Positions 63,275-64,000 of a stretch of DNA of 64,000 nucleotides are shown here, piece by piece. The stretch is from assembly GCA_964234715.1 (NCBI GenBank), contig OZ174285.1, one strand, 5' to 3'. This stretch comes from Podarcis melisellensis. Taxonomy: Eukaryota. Each line of letters opens with the position of its first letter. Positions within the stretch are counted from its first letter, which is position 1. The translations under genes were made by a program, and so were the position numbers. The notes under the pieces are model-generated. The model made no database searches. It was not told the DNA's origin and worked only from the letters and a program-made list of their open reading frames with translations.

Positions 63275-63538
63275 CACAAGGATTTGAATCTGAAGTCCTA
63301 AGTAGTAGCAAGAGGGTGCATTTGGTATGGATGAATCCTGAGCTGTTAACAGAATGGGTTCAAGACTCTTCTGACATGAAACGGTGTCCTCTGAGGTACA
63401 GGCAATGACCAATTTACACACATCCAATTGACGTGTGACTGCGCACACCCGTGCATCGCCACAACCTGGAAGTGGCCAGGGCGGACTTGTGTGCACTCCG
63501 CCAACATGCACGGGGGTCAGGAATGCAAACCACCACCC
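63275..63538 (-). CDS. Exon A (264 nt) of the unrecognised minus-strand gene; upstream exons lie beyond the window
   Basis: Acceptor gctgttttgcAG|G, donor GTG|GTGAGT; length divisible by 3; open frame GWWFAFL...LQIQILV; CpG-retaining. Confidence 0.6.
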
Positions 63539-64000
63539 CTGCAAAACAGCCATTGTCTGTATCCCAAACCTCATTGGGATGCTGCAATTAGCCTAAAACC
63601 TTCTTGAAGCGTTCCGGTTTTTACAATATTCATCAATTCGTTCACCAAAATGCAAAGAAATGTCAGTTATCCTATAGTAGATATGTCACTCCTATCTGTA
63701 ATAAGACAAAGGATTTTTAAAAAACATAATCAAATGAAACTTAAGGTTAAAAAACAGGATTTGTAGCTATAAATAAGAAAAGTGTGTATGTGTGCTGGTA
63801 TTTAAGTTTACTTCAAAATACGGGGGTGGGGGAAGGCTATACACAAATACATTTTATTGCTTGTAATAAAAAATAACAACTGTGAAAAAGCCAGTGGTAT
63901 ACTTGGCCTCTTTATTTTTGAATTCTGTGCTTCTGCAGTCTCAGTTAATTAAACTAAGGAACTTCTAAAATGTGCACTATGGGTACATTTGAAATTTATG

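Noticed and set aside
1-64000. CRISPR arrays, rRNA operons, intact tRNAs, snoRNAs, hammerhead or HDV-like ribozymes
   Set aside because: Eukaryotic DNA; tRNA-like and 5S-like segments are SINE heads or remnants; no complete box C/D, H/ACA or ribozyme core could be assembled by eye.

Overview
Vertebrate genomic DNA, almost certainly a squamate and probably a lacertid lizard, judged from Sauria/Squam1 SINEs, Bov-B, young L2, CR1, L1, DIRS, solo LTRs and hAT/Tc1-type MITEs. There is one 416-N assembly gap. No prokaryotic features and no protein-coding gene I can name. The main non-repeat signal is the 3' part of an unrecognised minus-strand spliced gene: exons 63538-63275, 59926-59847, 45140-44961 and a ~2 kb terminal exon from 38550. 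These exons splice into one open frame of 175 codons that stops immediately inside the last exon. Each exon also folds by eye into a self-contained stem-rich RNA module whose G-U pairs work only on the transcribed strand. A structured, frame-breaking cassette exon candidate lies at 50525-50408. The left half holds further unique hairpin-rich islands, a candidate 47-aa two-exon micropeptide, a CRE/MYB/RFX promoter-like element and several nested transposon insertions. All folding and splicing calls are manual predictions; nothing was computed or database-searched.
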